Source: Gammaproteobacteria bacterium
Lineage (GTDB): Bacteria > Pseudomonadota > Gammaproteobacteria > JBCCGL01
Assembly (NCBI GenBank): GCA_965277715.1
Contig: OZ255836.1
Location: forward strand, 1,408,001 to 1,472,000
DNA: 64,000 bases
Reading direction: 5' to 3'
Each line of letters starts with the position of its first letter. Positions within the stretch are counted from its first letter, which is position 1. The notes beneath the pieces were generated by a model that was given only the letters and a program-made list of their open reading frames with translations, did no database searches and was not told the DNA's origin. Made by a program: the position numbers and the translations under genes. Below are positions 62,709 to 64,000 of this stretch, in pieces.

Positions 62709-64000
62709 CTATACAAGCTTACCGTGGCAGTTTTTATATTTTTTGCCCGAGTCACACCAACAGGGTTCATTACGCCCCAGTTTTGGCTGGTCGCGTACGT
62801 AAGGGGACTGTGCGTCATTCGCCTGCTGACCACCCTGTGTATCATCATTCAACGGGCTTTGCGCCTGTGCATGCTGATACTGCATAGATTGGGCATTTTG
62901 TGCCTGTTCACGCCGTGCGGCCTGCTCAACCTCAGCGGGATCACGCACTTCAACCATCGATACAACACCAATCACATCAAGCTTTATTTGCTCCAGTAGA
63001 TTGGAGAACATCTCGAATGACTCACGCTTGTATTCCTGTTTTGGGTTTTTTTGTGCATAGCCCCGCAAACCGACACTCTGACGCAGGTAATCCATATTAG
63101 CGAGGTGCTCTTTCCACTGAAAATCCAGACGGTTGAGCATGACGTGCTTTTCAAAAAACCGTATGTTTTCGGCACCGGCCAACTGTTCTTTTTGTGCGTG
63201 AACCGCTTCAAGCTGCTCAATTACTTTTTCACGTAGTTGCTCCTCACTCATCTCATCATCGCTATCCAACCACTCCTGCAAGGGCATTAGTTGGCCAAAC
63301 TCCTCTTGTATCGCATCACAGGCGCCCTGGATATCCCAGCTTTCATCCAGTGACCCCGGTGCGATAAACCGGCTGAGGAGGCTGTTAACCACATCGCCAC
63401 GCATCGCGAGAATAATCTCACTGATATCATCGAGTGCCAGCAGTTCATTGCGTTGTTGATAAACAACCTTGCGTTGGTCATTGGCGACATCATCGTATTC
63501 GAGGACTTGCTTGCGCATATCAAAGTTATGCGCCTCCACCTTTCGCTGAGCATTTTCAATGGCCTTGGTCACCCAGGGGTGCTCGATTGCCTCACCTTCT
63601 TCCATGCCCAGTTTTTGCATCAGATTAGAAACGCGTTCAGAGGCAAAAATACGCATCAGGTTATCTTGCAGGGAGAGGTAAAACCGGGATGAACCCGGAT
63701 CACCTTGGCGCCCTGAACGCCCGCGCAATTGATTATCAATACGGCGGGATTCATGCCGCTCGGTGCCAATAATATGCAACCCTCCGGCTTCCAGTACCTG
63801 TTTATGCCGGGCCTCCCAGGCTTGTTTGGTGAGTTCAGTTTTCTCCTCGTCGACTTCACCCAGGGCATTCAATTCCGCTTCAAGGTTACCACCCAACACA
63901 ATATCAGTACCACGGCCTGCCATATTGGTGGCAATGGTAATCGCCCCCGGCAAGCCAGCTTCACTGACAATCTGTGCCTCGCGTTCGTGCTGTTTGGCAT
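62709..64000 (-). CDS. secA: Preprotein translocase SecA, 5' part outside the window
   Basis: [33 protein letters not shown] and a C-terminal [18 protein letters not shown] zinc motif. Confidence 0.97.
   Translation of the reverse strand, partial: AKQHEREAQIVSEAGLPGAITIATNMAGRGTDIVLGGNLEAELNALGEVDEEKTELTKQAWEARHKQVLEAGGLHIIGTERHESRRIDNQLRGRSGRQGDPGSSRFYLSLQDNLMRIFASERVSNLMQKLGMEEGEAIEHPWVTKAIENAQRKVEAHNFDMRKQVLEYDDVANDQRKVVYQQRNELLALDDISEIILAMRGDVVNSLLSRFIAPGSLDESWDIQGACDAIQEEFGQLMPLQEWLDSDDEMSEEQLREKVIEQLEAVHAQKEQLAGAENIRFFEKHVMLNRLDFQWKEHLANMDYLRQSVGLRGYAQKNPKQEYKRESFEMFSNLLEQIKLDVIGVVSMVEVRDPAEVEQAARREQAQNAQSMQYQHAQAQSPLNDDTQGGQQANDAQSPYVRDQPKLGRNEPCWCDSGKKYKNCHGKLV

Overview
A bacterial chromosomal segment, gammaproteobacterial by gene content. 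Most of it is housekeeping genes: pcnB-folK, htpG, rpsP-rimM-trmD-rplS, parE, xerD-dsbC, mobB-moeA, lptFG-pepA-holC-valS, zapD, argJ and a partial secA. Five accessory modules are interspersed: (1) an iadA-cphB-cphA cyanophycin cluster; (2) a sterol-desaturase/ArsS-like radical SAM/two-glycosyltransferase operon; (3) a trimethylamine-dehydrogenase-like flavoprotein lacking the flavinylated Cys, coupled to a pyrrolysine-free MttB-family methyltransferase; (4) a REP-like-repeat-flanked island with an IS110 remnant and a PD-(D/E)XK (Rpn-like) protein with a heptad-repeat tail; (5) an MNIO (DUF692)/DUF2063 RiPP cluster with two tandem six-Cys precursors, one a predicted lipoprotein and one a predicted soluble exported peptide. 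Module 5 is my best candidate for a new system. Intergenic DNA holds several IS/MITE remnants, REP-like palindromes and a decayed mscS. I saw no rRNA, tRNA or CRISPR array. All family assignments come from recognising motifs by eye; no searches were run.
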